Below the pieces are notes generated by a model. That model saw only the letters and a list, made by a program, of their open reading frames with translations, had not been told where the DNA came from and searched no databases. DNA of 64,000 nt. Source: a virus. Positions 18,466 through 28,066 of this stretch are shown here, piece after piece; the first letter of the stretch is position 1; each line of letters opens with the position of its first letter. A program made the position numbers and the translations under genes. The stretch is from positions 1 through 64,000 of IMG/VR virus record IMGVR_UViG_3300035703_000058; one strand, 5' to 3'.

Positions 18466-19093
18466 GGCGCCCCCCTTCCTGGCGGCGAACCGGGATCGGC
18501 TCATGACCATAGCGTTGAGCATCGGTGAGATCGTGCGAGGTCAGGCCGTCGATGGCCTCACCTCTCAGAGCGATGTCGATCTCGCGCGGGTCCAGCGCTG
18601 GGCAGCGCCAGCCGCGCTGCAGGTAGCTTTGCAGGCGCCGGGGGTCCGTCTGCCGAAGGAGCACGATGCGATGGGCTTCGGCGTCTTCGATGGCGCCTTC
18701 CAGGGCGAACGCCCGGATGCCATCCGACACCAGGCCACAGGCGCGGATGTCGTTCTTGGCGAGCACCCGCTGGGGTGTGCCGCCAGGCAACAACACCAGA
18801 TCGTAGGCTGGTCCTGTGTCGCTGCCAAGCACCGCGGTCCCTGAGCGGGGGTTGTGACGCAGCAGCTGCAGACCCGCGTGCAACAGCGCGGCGTGGGCGC
18901 CTGCGAGCTCCTCTTCGCGGAAGAAGAAGAGGTCCACGTCCTTGCCGGGAAGCTCCCCGGACTCGGCGCGGGTGAGCAGGCCACCGCCCAGCACAGGGCC
19001 GGCGTCCAGGGAGAGGCGGATGCCGAACTCGGCGAGGCGCCGGGCGTGGTCGGCAACGTGCCGCGGCGGGACATACTCAAGCGTGAACGTCAT
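18455..19093 (-). CDS. Pol-beta-superfamily nucleotidyltransferase
   Basis: VLGGG...KDVDLFF (hG-G plus DxD); later YDLV and NDI. Confidence 0.65.
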   Translation of the reverse strand: MTFTLEYVPPRHVADHARRLAEFGIRLSLDAGPVLGGGLLTRAESGELPGKDVDLFFFREEELAGAHAALLHAGLQLLRHNPRSGTAVLGSDTGPAYDLVLLPGGTPQRVLAKNDIRACGLVSDGIRAFALEGAIEDAEAHRIVLLRQTDPRRLQSYLQRGWRCPALDPREIDIALRGEAIDGLTSHDLTDAQRYGHEPIPVRRQEGGRHAR

Positions 19094-19494
19094 ACGCTGG
19101 CCCTTCGCACGCGGCGCACCGCGTATTCGCCCGTCGGGTCGATGCCCATGGCGAGAGCGACGACCGCGGCGAGCTGGTCGGCGCCGCGCTCGACAAGCGC
19201 CACGGCCTGCCCAACGTCCCGGGCGTCACCTCCAATCAGGGCGAACCCGGCACAGATCAACTCGCGGTCAGCGGGCGGCGCTGGCGCTGGCCGCATGACC
19301 GCCTGAACACGGCCAACGGCGTCCGCGATGACGGGCAGATCGGCGGCGATCTTGGCGTCCTGCATCGCGGCGTCCAGGCAGCCCGCGATCTCTTCGATCG
19401 TGTCGAAGGGCCGGATCGAGTAAAAGCCGATCAGGTGCTCGGCGCCCTGTAGAAGCGCAAGCAGGGTGGCGCCGTCGGGCACAAGGTCGTCCAT
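19090..19494 (-). CDS. hypothetical protein
   Basis: GGAGG RBS; ATGA coupling. Confidence 0.55.
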   Translation of the reverse strand: MDDLVPDGATLLALLQGAEHLIGFYSIRPFDTIEEIAGCLDAAMQDAKIAADLPVIADAVGRVQAVMRPAPAPPADRELICAGFALIGGDARDVGQAVALVERGADQLAAVVALAMGIDPTGEYAVRRVRRASV

Positions 19495-19556
19495 CGCATC
19501 CTCCGAGTCAGCGCCGCCGGCTATCTGGCCGGACCGGCGGCGCCTGTTCTCGCTGC

Positions 19557-20012
19557 CTACTCTGGCTGCCGAGTGTCCGACCCGGCGCGGTCTTGCCCAC
19601 TTTGGGCGAGGCGGGCGAGCGCGTTGGTGTGCGCGCGCCAGCATTCGACGGCGTGCTCCAACGTCGGGTGTCCGAGACACGGATCCGCCTGACGGGTGCG
19701 ACGCCAACACTGCACCTCCAACATCCCGCTGCCCGCTGGATTGATGGTAATGCGGCACGAACGATCATGCGCCGCAAAGACCAGCCGGCTCAGCTCGTCA
19801 CGATCGGTGGTGGAAAGACCGTCACGAACGGACATCCGGGCGCCATTGCCCCACGAGCGCAGGCAGCGCCAATTCCTGCTGATGTTCCATGGGCCGGTGG
19901 ACAGGCCGGCGCACAGAATGGTCACCAGCTCCTGTTCGACGGCGTCGAGGGGGCGTCTCAACGTGCCGCTGACCCATTCGCAGGCGCCGGTGTTGAGGGG
20001 CAGCTCAGACAT
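19557..20012 (-). CDS. hypothetical phage protein
   Basis: LST.D...L.RLV..AHD...R motif; GGAGG RBS. Confidence 0.6.
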   Translation of the reverse strand: MSELPLNTGACEWVSGTLRRPLDAVEQELVTILCAGLSTGPWNISRNWRCLRSWGNGARMSVRDGLSTTDRDELSRLVFAAHDRSCRITINPAGSGMLEVQCWRRTRQADPCLGHPTLEHAVECWRAHTNALARLAQSGQDRAGSDTRQPE

Positions 20013-20223
20013 GGGTCACCTCCTCATAAAGTCGAGCACCACCCACGCACCTGGACGCGACAATCTGCACCCAGCCACGCCACAGCCGGGCGACCATGCG
20101 GTGGCCGTCGCGGGCAGCGGTGACGGGCTCGCCCTCGCCGCGCTCGAAGGCTTCGGCGGCGTCAAGAATCGTTGGGGGTGCCGGCTCGATCCGGTGGGTG
20201 AAGGCGTCCTCGTTCATGACCAC
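20005..20223 (-). CDS. small hypothetical protein
   Basis: Coupled ORF. Confidence 0.45.
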   Translation of the reverse strand: MVMNEDAFTHRIEPAPPTILDAAEAFERGEGEPVTAARDGHRMVARLWRGWVQIVASRCVGGARLYEEVTHV

Positions 20224-20465
20224 CTCCCTGGCATGCCGAGTCGGCGCTCCAACAGGTCGATGTACGCGGCGAGATTGCCGTCTGCGTTCCGTACCGGATC
20301 ACGATGGGCGAGATCCCGGTGGGCGGCTGGGTCCTGGCGCATGGCGAGAATGAACGGGGCGCGCTCCCGGGGTGTGGCCTTGCCCCAACACTCGGCGCAA
20401 AGCGCGCCGCCGGGCATGGGCTTTGGGCTCGTCGGCAGCGGTCGATGGCAGCGAGGGCAGGTCAA
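20214..20465 (-). CDS. small zinc-finger protein
   Basis: CPRC...CAEC; TTG start overlapping the upstream stop. Confidence 0.45.
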   Translation of the reverse strand: MTCPRCHRPLPTSPKPMPGGALCAECWGKATPRERAPFILAMRQDPAAHRDLAHRDPVRNADGNLAAYIDLLERRLGMPGRWS

Positions 20466-20956
20466 AGGGCCTCCCCGATGCCGCCGACGGGGGCGGACTG
20501 CGGTTTGCGCAGAAACAGCAGGGTGCCGTCGGGGTTGAGCCCCAGCTCGGAGCAGACCGTGGCCCGCTCGGGGCCATACTCGATGAGGAGGCCCCGCTGG
20601 GTGCGGCCCAGCAGGAGTGCGGCGAGCTTGCCGGCCAGCAGGAGCACGGGAACCGGCATCGGCAGGGCGGCGGGAACAAACGTGCGCAGGGCGGCGTCTA
20701 CCGCATCGGCGGCGGGACCATCCCACACCCGCCGGGCGAGGCCCAGCGCGGCCCCGAAATGCTCGGCGGCGGCTTCGAGGGCGGCGCGGTCGGTGATGGC
20801 GTCGCCGGTCATGACCACTTCGGCAAGCGCGCGCTCGAAGCGCAGCACCAGCGGCTCGGTGTCCTGCATCCCCGCCGGCAGCGGGGCGAAGGTGCCGAGC
20901 TGGGCGCGGCTGTCAGCGAGGCGGACGTGGAAGTCGTTGAGCAGGTCGTTGAGCAT
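20462..20956 (-). CDS. hypothetical protein (first gene of the leftward operon)
   Basis: GGAG RBS; follows an AT-rich control region. Confidence 0.55.
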   Translation of the reverse strand: MLNDLLNDFHVRLADSRAQLGTFAPLPAGMQDTEPLVLRFERALAEVVMTGDAITDRAALEAAAEHFGAALGLARRVWDGPAADAVDAALRTFVPAALPMPVPVLLLAGKLAALLLGRTQRGLLIEYGPERATVCSELGLNPDGTLLFLRKPQSAPVGGIGEAL

Positions 20957-20979
20957 CGCTGTCTCCGAGGTGGTGAAGA

Positions 20980-21060
20980 CAGTGTATGTGCTCCTCACAT
21001 ATGTTGCAAGCACATTATGTAAACTTTCATCGGCGGTTTGCAAAAGCGATATATGAACGC
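20980..21060. promoter_or_regulatory. AT-rich divergent control region (PL-like)
   Basis: Sharp GC drop; ACATATGT and ACATTATGT palindromes; minus-strand TTTACA-N16-TATGTG. Confidence 0.5.
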
Positions 21061-21076
21061 TCGCAACGGAGGTCGA

Positions 21077-21268
21077 ATGCACGACGCGAAGGGGCAGGGT
21101 CGCCCACAACTTGAGCTGGTGCGGCACAGCGTCACCAGCGGGCCGACAGAGGAGGAGGTCAACGCCGCGCGCATCATCGCGGCGATGCAGGACGCCACAC
21201 CCGAACAGCTTCTCATGCTGCGGCGGGTGGCTGAGGCGCTGGTCTACCCGGCGGCGGTCTCGGCCTGA
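21077..21268 (+). CDS. small protein convergent with the repressor
   Basis: GGAGG RBS; 63 aa helical ORF. Confidence 0.55.
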   Translation: MHDAKGQGRPQLELVRHSVTSGPTEEEVNAARIIAAMQDATPEQLLMLRRVAEALVYPAAVSA

Positions 21269-21606
21269 GCCTGCGATTCAGCGAAGAGGATGAGCCCGCG
21301 TAGAACGCGCGGTGTAATGCGACCTATCAGGCGCGCCAGCGTGAGTAGTGTTTCCACCTGCTCGGGGTTCATCGCCGCAACCACCTCGCGGAACCGCCCC
21401 ATGATGTCGTCTGGCGGCAGCGGGTCGAGGCTGACGATCAGGCCCAGCGCCTGCATCCAGGCGGTGTAGTCGGTCACCGTGACGGCGTAGGCGCCGCGCT
21501 CGGTTCGCGAGACCCATGCCTGGTCTCGGCCCATCCGGCGCGCCAGCTCGCCCTGAGACACGCCGGCCTTGAGTCGCTCACGGCGAAGTATCGCGTTCGG
21601 GATCAT
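21244..21606 (-). CDS. CI-like XRE repressor
   Basis: LRRERLKAGVSQGELARRMGRDQAWVSRTERG; divergent from the cro-like gene. Confidence 0.85.
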   Translation of the reverse strand: MIPNAILRRERLKAGVSQGELARRMGRDQAWVSRTERGAYAVTVTDYTAWMQALGLIVSLDPLPPDDIMGRFREVVAAMNPEQVETLLTLARLIGRITPRVLRGLILFAESQAQAETAAG

Positions 21607-21666
21607 GGCGTCACTCTGCCCCGGCGGGGGCGACGCGGCTAATGTGGGGAGCACATGAATTCCCTG

Positions 21667-21695
21667 TTGCCGCGCAATGCGATTGCGGCTATGTG
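21667..21695 (+). promoter_or_regulatory. candidate PR promoter
   Basis: TTGCCG-N17-TATGTG ending 8 nt before the cro ATG. Confidence 0.4.
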
Positions 21696-21703
21696 ACAGG
21701 CGC

Positions 21704-21934
21704 ATGGAAGCGAACACCACCACCGAATCCCCACTTCGACGCCTGCGCGTGGCCCATGGCATGTCGCAGCGTCAGCTCGGCCTTCACCTTGGCATCGATC
21801 AGGCCGCGGTCTCCCGCCTGGAGACTGGCGAATACGAACTGCGAGAGGCGCAGATACGCATCCTCGTGGCCGTGTTCGGCGTGTCGGCGGACGAGCTGTT
21901 GGGGTTGACATCGGTGCCCTCGGTGTCGGCGTGA
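21704..21934 (+). CDS. Cro-like XRE regulator
   Basis: LRRLRVAHGMSQRQLG..LGIDQAAVSRLETG. Confidence 0.85.
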   Translation: MEANTTTESPLRRLRVAHGMSQRQLGLHLGIDQAAVSRLETGEYELREAQIRILVAVFGVSADELLGLTSVPSVSA

Positions 21935-21963
21935 AGTCCGCGTCGGCGCGGCTGTTTGAGCAT

Positions 21964-21982
21964 CTATGCGATTGGCGCATAG
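21964..21982. promoter_or_regulatory. candidate operator palindrome
   Basis: CTATGCG-N5-CGCATAG; ATGCGATTG also occurs at 21677-21685. Confidence 0.35.
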
Positions 21983-22077
21983 AGCGTCAAACCCCGATAT
22001 GACGGGTTCGTCACTTTTTCGAGAGGCCAAGATGACCGACCCCTGCACCGTCGCGCCGCGCCGCATCGGAGGTGGCC

Positions 22078-22683
22078 ATGGTCCACTTTGACGCGCCGAC
22101 TTGGCTGACCGGCGAGGCCAGCACGCCCGGGAAGAAGCACGCCAAGGCGGCACAGACGGGTCGTGAAGGCCAGCGCCGGGGACTTGGCTTCGAGGACGCG
22201 CTCGATGGCCTGCACGCCGCCTACAACGCCGCCGGGCGCGCGTGGGTAATCAAGGTGCCGGCGCCCTATCGGGTGCTGGGCAAGCCCACCGGCAGCCGGT
22301 TCACGGCGGCTTGGGAGGGCGAAGGTCCGCCCGACTATGCCGGCGCCGTCGGTGGCCGCCCGATCTGCTTCGATGCCAAGCAGACCGCCGGGGACCGATG
22401 GAGCTTTGACGCGCTCGCGCCGCATCAGGCCCAGCACTTCGACCGGGCGGCCGCGCAGGGCGTTGCCTGCTTCGTCCTGCTGTGGCTCGACGGCAACGTC
22501 TGGTTGGTGCCGTGGGCGACGCTGGGGCCGCGGTGGTGGGCTTGGCGCGAGCGGCGGGCGCTGCGTGAAGCCGTCCCCTATGGCAGCGCCTCGCTGTCTA
22601 CGGCGGGTCTGCACGACGTTGGCCACCGCTGTCAGGGCTACGACTGGCTGCCGGTTTTCTCGCGGCTGTGGGGGGCGCCATGA
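22078..22683 (+). CDS. recU: RecU-like Holliday junction resolvase
   Basis: G..FE...Y...IK.P.P; PDYAG; FDAKQT. Confidence 0.8.
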   Translation: MVHFDAPTWLTGEASTPGKKHAKAAQTGREGQRRGLGFEDALDGLHAAYNAAGRAWVIKVPAPYRVLGKPTGSRFTAAWEGEGPPDYAGAVGGRPICFDAKQTAGDRWSFDALAPHQAQHFDRAAAQGVACFVLLWLDGNVWLVPWATLGPRWWAWRERRALREAVPYGSASLSTAGLHDVGHRCQGYDWLPVFSRLWGAP

Positions 22684-23228
22684 TCGCCGTTCGCCCCGGG
22701 CGCCGCGCCTACGACGTGCTGCGCCTCATCGTCGACAGCCCGGGCGAGCACACCGCCGCCACGCTGGTGGACGCGCTCGACCCGGCGCCGCGGCGCACGG
22801 TGCCCTTCACCCGTGACGACCCGCCGTCGAGGTGGGCCGCGATGGTGGCTGAGCACCGCCGCGCGAGTTGCGCGCGCATGGCGCGCCTGCTCGGGAAGCT
22901 GGTTGAACAGGGGCTGATCGCCAAGGTGATGCCGCCCCGGCTGAGCCCGGAGTTCCTGGCGATGGCAGCCATCGGGGGCGCCGAGCGTGCGCTCTTCCAC
23001 GCCCACCCGGCGTTTCCGGCGCGGCCCAAGGACCTGCTGCACGGGCACCTGGAGATGGTGCGGCAGGTGGAAGAACTACCCGGGTCGGCGCGCGATCTGC
23101 TCGGCGCCCGGCCCAGCGGCGCCCGCCAGCGCGTGTACCGCGAGTTGATCGGCTGGGGCGTGGTGGTCGCGCCGCAGCAGCGGTGGCCGACCGAGGCGGG
23201 GGTCGCGCTGATTCGGGGTGGCGCATGA
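22680..23228 (+). CDS. hypothetical protein (winged-helix-like)
   Basis: Coupled ORF; LGKLVEQGLI. Confidence 0.55.
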   Translation: MIAVRPGRRAYDVLRLIVDSPGEHTAATLVDALDPAPRRTVPFTRDDPPSRWAAMVAEHRRASCARMARLLGKLVEQGLIAKVMPPRLSPEFLAMAAIGGAERALFHAHPAFPARPKDLLHGHLEMVRQVEELPGSARDLLGARPSGARQRVYRELIGWGVVVAPQQRWPTEAGVALIRGGA

Positions 23229-23437
23229 GTCAGCTCACCCTGCTGGCGTCGCCGACGCCGTGGCGGCCCGGGCTGCGCGGGCTCGCGTGGTTCATCGAGG
23301 GCGGGCGCTGGGCCTCCATGCTCGTGCTGGCCGTCGAGGGCGACCGCGTGCGCGGCGCCACCAACGAGGGCATTCGCGTCCTCGATGCCCGGGCGCTTCA
23401 CCCACGCCCGCACAGCCTTGGGGGTCGCCGTGGCTGA
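23225..23437 (+). CDS. small hypothetical protein
   Basis: Coupled ORF. Confidence 0.45.
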   Translation: MSQLTLLASPTPWRPGLRGLAWFIEGGRWASMLVLAVEGDRVRGATNEGIRVLDARALHPRPHSLGGRRG

Positions 23438-24305
23438 GCCCTTCGTCCGCTGGGTCGGCGGTTCACAGCGGTCGCTCGGGGCGCTGCGCGAGCGCCTGCC
23501 CGCCGATGCGGCGCGGCGCCGCTACGTGGACCCCTTCCTCGGTGGCGGCGCGCTGCTGTGGGCGCTGAAGCCCCGGCGGGCGCTGGTCTCCGATGCGTGC
23601 GCCCCGCTGATCGCGGCGTGGCGCGCGCTGCGCGATGCGCCCGAAGAGCTGCTGCGCGAGCTGGCGGTGCTGCAGGCGCTGCGTGAGACGACCGACCTGC
23701 CGAGCTGGTATCGGCTCGTGACCGACCTGCTCGGGCAGGACGGCACCGACGTCGAGCGCGGCGCCCGGCTGATCGCCGTGAACAGGTCCTGCTACAACGG
23801 GCTGTGGCGGGAGAACGGATCGGGTCGGTTCAACGTGGCGCTCGACCCGGCGTCGGCCAAGCGCGACCTCGTGCGGGCGGACCTGCTGCGGGGCTGTGCG
23901 GCGGTGCTCGGCACCATGGACATCGAGGTCTACGCTCGGTCTTGGGAGGCCACCGTCGAGGCGGCCGGGTCGGGTGATTTCGTCTACGCCGACCCGCCCT
24001 ATGACGCTGAGGTAGACGAGGGCGCCCAGCCCAGCCTGATCGGTGGCCCGCCCGCCGTCGAAGGGCACCGCTACACCGCCGCCGGTTGGATTCGCGGCGA
24101 CCTGGTGCGCCTGGCGGACGCCCTCGCTGTGGCCCGGGACCGCGGCGCCTACGTTCTCAGCACGAACAACCCCACCACCTTCGCCGTCCAGCTCTTCGAG
24201 GCCCGCGGCTTCCGCTTCGACGTGGTGCAGACGCCGCGCTCGGTCAGCCGCGATGGGGCCGGTCGCGGAGTGGTGAATGAGCTTATCGCCGTGGGGGTGC
24301 CGTGA
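23430..24305 (+). CDS. dam: Dam-like (D12 class) DNA adenine methyltransferase
   Basis: RWVGG, YVDPFLGGGA, YNGLWR.N..G.FNV, FVYADPPY. Confidence 0.9.
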   Translation: MAEPFVRWVGGSQRSLGALRERLPADAARRRYVDPFLGGGALLWALKPRRALVSDACAPLIAAWRALRDAPEELLRELAVLQALRETTDLPSWYRLVTDLLGQDGTDVERGARLIAVNRSCYNGLWRENGSGRFNVALDPASAKRDLVRADLLRGCAAVLGTMDIEVYARSWEATVEAAGSGDFVYADPPYDAEVDEGAQPSLIGGPPAVEGHRYTAAGWIRGDLVRLADALAVARDRGAYVLSTNNPTTFAVQLFEARGFRFDVVQTPRSVSRDGAGRGVVNELIAVGVP

Positions 24306-25399
24306 TCCCACTCTACACCAGCCGCCGCACGTCCGCCTATTTCGGTGACTGCCGCGACGTGCTCGCCCACCTGATCGCCAAGCGCGGGGCCTTCGCCTCG
24401 ATGGCTTGGATCGACGGCCCCTACGGCATGGGCAAGGGCGAATGGGATCGGCTCACCGGCGCGCGGCACAACCGGAGTGCGGTCCCTGACGAGGCGGTGG
24501 AGGCGCGCGTCTCCCGCTATGTGGACCTGCTCTCGGACCTCGACCCGGACGGCGCCGACCTCGCCGCGTGGTACGCGCCCGTGCTGTATAGGATCTCGGC
24601 GGCGTGCCTCCAGTCGGCGAGTGCCTACGTCTGGAACACGGACGCGGGCGAGGCGGTGTTGCGCCCGATCATGCAGGCGCTTGGGTGGACGTTCCGGGGG
24701 CGGGTGACTTGGGACAAGATGACCACCAAGGCACTCATCGGTGCCAATGACATGCGGACCTGGCTGGACGTCACCGAGGTCTGCGGCTTCTACCAGCGGG
24801 AGCCGGCGGATCTGTTCGAGGCCCTTGCGAGTCGGATGTGCTCAGAGCGTGACCGTGTTGGCGTGAGCCGGGCCGCGATCGATGCTGCTGCTGGTACGTC
24901 GAATGTCTCGCAGTACTGGTGGCAGTCGCGAGGCTGGAGGCTTCCCACCCGCCCGATGTGGGACATCCTACAGCGTGTTTCCGGCGGGTTCCGCTGGGAT
25001 TGGGAGGACTTGAGGCGCGAGGAGGAGGGGGTCCGTGCGGCATGTCCGGCCTTCTCTGCCCCCATCGGCGTCTCCAACGTTTGGCGCCACAACGCCGTGA
25101 GCGGGTCGGAGCGGTTGCGCATCAACGGCGAGGCCCACCCCTGCCAGAAGCCGCTCGCGTTCGCTGAGCGCGCCATCCTCGCCAGCACGCGCCCCGGCGA
25201 AGTCGTGTTGGATCCCTTCGCTGGGACTTGCCGCTGTGCCGTCGCTGTCGAGCGCCTGCCCGCCTCCGAAGCCCGCGAGGTGGTCAGCATCGACACGGAC
25301 CGATGCTGGCTCGAAGCCGTGCGGCCCTCGCTCCTGAGCGATCCGATGGCGACCGCGACCGCGGCGCAACCCTCACTGTTCGGAGGCTCTCGTGAGTAG
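24302..25399 (+). CDS. beta-class N4/N6 DNA methyltransferase with inserted HTH
   Basis: GDC, IDGPY, HPCQKP, VLDPFAGT. Confidence 0.8.
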   Translation: MIPLYTSRRTSAYFGDCRDVLAHLIAKRGAFASMAWIDGPYGMGKGEWDRLTGARHNRSAVPDEAVEARVSRYVDLLSDLDPDGADLAAWYAPVLYRISAACLQSASAYVWNTDAGEAVLRPIMQALGWTFRGRVTWDKMTTKALIGANDMRTWLDVTEVCGFYQREPADLFEALASRMCSERDRVGVSRAAIDAAAGTSNVSQYWWQSRGWRLPTRPMWDILQRVSGGFRWDWEDLRREEEGVRAACPAFSAPIGVSNVWRHNAVSGSERLRINGEAHPCQKPLAFAERAILASTRPGEVVLDPFAGTCRCAVAVERLPASEAREVVSIDTDRCWLEAVRPSLLSDPMATATAAQPSLFGGSRE

Positions 25400-25982
25400 C
25401 TGGCCCGCTCCCGTCTCAATAGAATGGGGTCCGCCCGGCGACAGCTCGTCTCCGTGGCGCATCGTCCTGCGCTGCCGGTGGGGCGAAGGTCCGCCGCTGG
25501 TCGTCTGCGGGCTTAACCCGTCCACGGCGGACGCGGACAAGCCAGATCCGACTTGTGTCCGGTGGCTGGGCATGGCGCAGCGCTGGGGCTTCTCGGCGCT
25601 CACCGTCGCCAACGTCTACCCGCTGCGGGCGACGTCACCGAAGGACCTGGAGCACGGGCGCTTCGCCATCGAGGGGCATGAGCCGCGCATCGTCGGACGC
25701 CTGCCCCCGGACGAGGTGCGCGACACCCTGGAAGCGCAACGCAACGAGGCGGTGAGGGCGTGCGGGTTGCTCCTGTGTTGTTGGGGTGCGGGTGGACCCG
25801 CCAGCTCCGCCTTCTGGGGTGGCGCGCCCGGCTTTCCCCGCCTTGTGTACCTGCACCGCGCTAACGGCTGCCCGATCCACCCGCTCGCCCGGATCAAGGG
25901 CGTCGAGGTGTCCAAGCTTCGCCCCCGATGCTGGTGGACGGGGAAGCTTGTTCCGCTTCCGATCGACAAGGGAGACGCATGA
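25392..25982 (+). CDS. DUF1643 family protein
   Basis: GLNPSTADA..PDPT; NVYPLRATSP; WG; HPL. Confidence 0.85.
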   Translation: MSSWPAPVSIEWGPPGDSSSPWRIVLRCRWGEGPPLVVCGLNPSTADADKPDPTCVRWLGMAQRWGFSALTVANVYPLRATSPKDLEHGRFAIEGHEPRIVGRLPPDEVRDTLEAQRNEAVRACGLLLCCWGAGGPASSAFWGGAPGFPRLVYLHRANGCPIHPLARIKGVEVSKLRPRCWWTGKLVPLPIDKGDA

Positions 25983-28066
25983 CGCCGCGTTACAAAGCCG
26001 TAGACCTGTTCGCCGGGGGCGGCGGTGCCTCGCTGGGCATCGAGTGGGCGCTTGGCGTGCCGCCCGTGTTGGCGGTCAACCACTGCCCGGCGGCGATACA
26101 CATGCACGCCGCCAATCACCCACAGACGATACATCTTACCGAGGATGTGTTTGACGTTTCGCCGTGGACCGTACACACCGGCGGCAAGGGACTGGATCTG
26201 CTTTGGGCCTCGCCGTCCTGCACGCACTTCTCCAGGGCGCGAGGCGGTAAGCCAGTCCGCGAGCAATTGCGCACGCTCGGTTGGGTGGTGGTCGAGTGGG
26301 CGCGGGCCATCGCCCCCCGCGTAATAATCACAGAGAACGTTGCTGAGATGCTCACGTGGGGTCCGCTGAATGGCGACGGCACCCCGATCAAGGCGCGGGC
26401 GGGCGAGACGTTCCGGGAGTGGGTAAAAGCGCTCCAGCTCGCGGGATATCGTGTCGAGTGGCGCATCCTCAACGCGGCCGACTTCGGCGCGCCGACGCGC
26501 CGCAAGCGCCTGTTCATCGTCGCCCGGCGCGACCGTGAGCCGATCCGATGGCCGACACCGACGCACGGGAACGGGCTCGCACCGTGTGGGATCGTCGCCG
26601 ACTGCATCGACTGGAGCATCCCATGTCCGTCGATCTTCACCCGCAAGAAACCGCTGGCCGCCGCGACCTTGCGCCGCGTGGTCGAGGGCATCCGACGCTA
26701 CGTGCTGAACGGGCGACCCTTTCTGGTCAACCTCACGCACGGCGCCCGGGTGGAAAACGTCGATGAGCCCGCGCGCACCATCACCGGCGCCCACCGCGGC
26801 GAGAAGGCGGTCGTTGGTCCGCACCTGCTCAACCTGAGCCATGGCGGTCGCTCGGAGCCCGTGGACGAGCCGGCGCGGACCCTGACGGCGACGCCCAAGG
26901 GCGGTGACCGGATGGTGGTGGCGCCGATGTTCACCCGTGCGCATGGGCACGGCTGGGATTGTGGCGGTGGACCCTCAACACCGCCTGATGGGTTGCTGCC
27001 AACCCTGACGGCGACGGACGAGCACGCGCTGGGCGCCGGCCATCTCGTCAAGCTCTACGGCAAGTCCACCGTCGCGGACATCGCCGAGCCCATGCCGACC
27101 ATCACGGGCACCGACAAGCTGGGGCTGGCGTGCGCGTTCCTGGACAAGATGCGGGGCTCAGCGCGTGCGGGCCAGCGCATCGATCAGCTGGCGCCCACCG
27201 CGACCGCTGGAGGTGAGCATCAGGCGCTCATCGCGGCGAGCATCGTGCGCCACAACGGCACCACGCCCGGCCACGGCAACGCGGGCCGGGCGATGAACGA
27301 GCCCTTGGGCGCGGTGACCTCGGTGGACACCCACGGGCTGATGTCGGCCTATCTGGTGAGTACCGCGAATGGCGAGCGCGAAGGCCAGCGGCCACGAGCG
27401 CGGCCTGTCACCGAGCCGCTGACCACCGTGACCGTGACGGGCTCGCCGGGCGCCATCGTGGGCGTCGGCCTCGCCCGCTATCATGGTGAGCGGCGGGACG
27501 GGGAAAACCCCCGTGTGGATGCGCTGGATGCGGCCATGCCGGTCCAGACGACGGAGAACCGCTTCGGCCTGATCGCGGGCAGCCTCGTCGCCTACTACGG
27601 CTCCGAGACCGACGGGCAGGGCCTGAACGAGCCGCTGCGCACGGTGCCAACGAAGGACCGCTTCGCGCACGTCGATTGCGACCTTCGCCAGCAGCTCACG
27701 GACGCGCAGCTCGACACGGCGCTCGCGGTGGGTCAACTCCTGACCGCGCATGGCGTCGCGGTGGGTGCCGATGGCCTGGTGAGCCTGATTGTCGACGGCG
27801 AGCTGTACGTGCTCGTAGACATCGGGCTGCGGATGCTCACACCGCGCGAGTTGGCCCGGGCGCAAGGTTTCCCGGACACCTACCTGCTGACCGGCACCCG
27901 CAGCGAGCAGATCGCCCGCATCGGCAACAGCGTCTGCCCGCCCGTGGTGGAGGCGCTCGTTCGGGCGCAGCTTCGGCCCGAGACCGTGCGTTGGGTCGTA
28001 GATGACCCCCGCGGTGGTGTGCGCCGCCCACCTGTGCGCACACGCCAGACGAGCGCGCAGGCATGA
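25979..28066 (+). CDS. dcm: C5 cytosine DNA methyltransferase (phage type, repeat-expanded TRD)
   Basis: DLFAGGGG, SPSCTHFS, ENV, R.RLF, IGNSV; repeated EPxxTxT units. Confidence 0.92.
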   Translation: MTPRYKAVDLFAGGGGASLGIEWALGVPPVLAVNHCPAAIHMHAANHPQTIHLTEDVFDVSPWTVHTGGKGLDLLWASPSCTHFSRARGGKPVREQLRTLGWVVVEWARAIAPRVIITENVAEMLTWGPLNGDGTPIKARAGETFREWVKALQLAGYRVEWRILNAADFGAPTRRKRLFIVARRDREPIRWPTPTHGNGLAPCGIVADCIDWSIPCPSIFTRKKPLAAATLRRVVEGIRRYVLNGRPFLVNLTHGARVENVDEPARTITGAHRGEKAVVGPHLLNLSHGGRSEPVDEPARTLTATPKGGDRMVVAPMFTRAHGHGWDCGGGPSTPPDGLLPTLTATDEHALGAGHLVKLYGKSTVADIAEPMPTITGTDKLGLACAFLDKMRGSARAGQRIDQLAPTATAGGEHQALIAASIVRHNGTTPGHGNAGRAMNEPLGAVTSVDTHGLMSAYLVSTANGEREGQRPRARPVTEPLTTVTVTGSPGAIVGVGLARYHGERRDGENPRVDALDAAMPVQTTENRFGLIAGSLVAYYGSETDGQGLNEPLRTVPTKDRFAHVDCDLRQQLTDAQLDTALAVGQLLTAHGVAVGADGLVSLIVDGELYVLVDIGLRMLTPRELARAQGFPDTYLLTGTRSEQIARIGNSVCPPVVEALVRAQLRPETVRWVVDDPRGGVRRPPVRTRQTSAQA

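Noticed and set aside
26720-27670. Repeats in dcm as an array or intein
   Set aside because: Degenerate protein-level EPxxTxT repeats typical of phage C5 methyltransferases; no intein motifs seen
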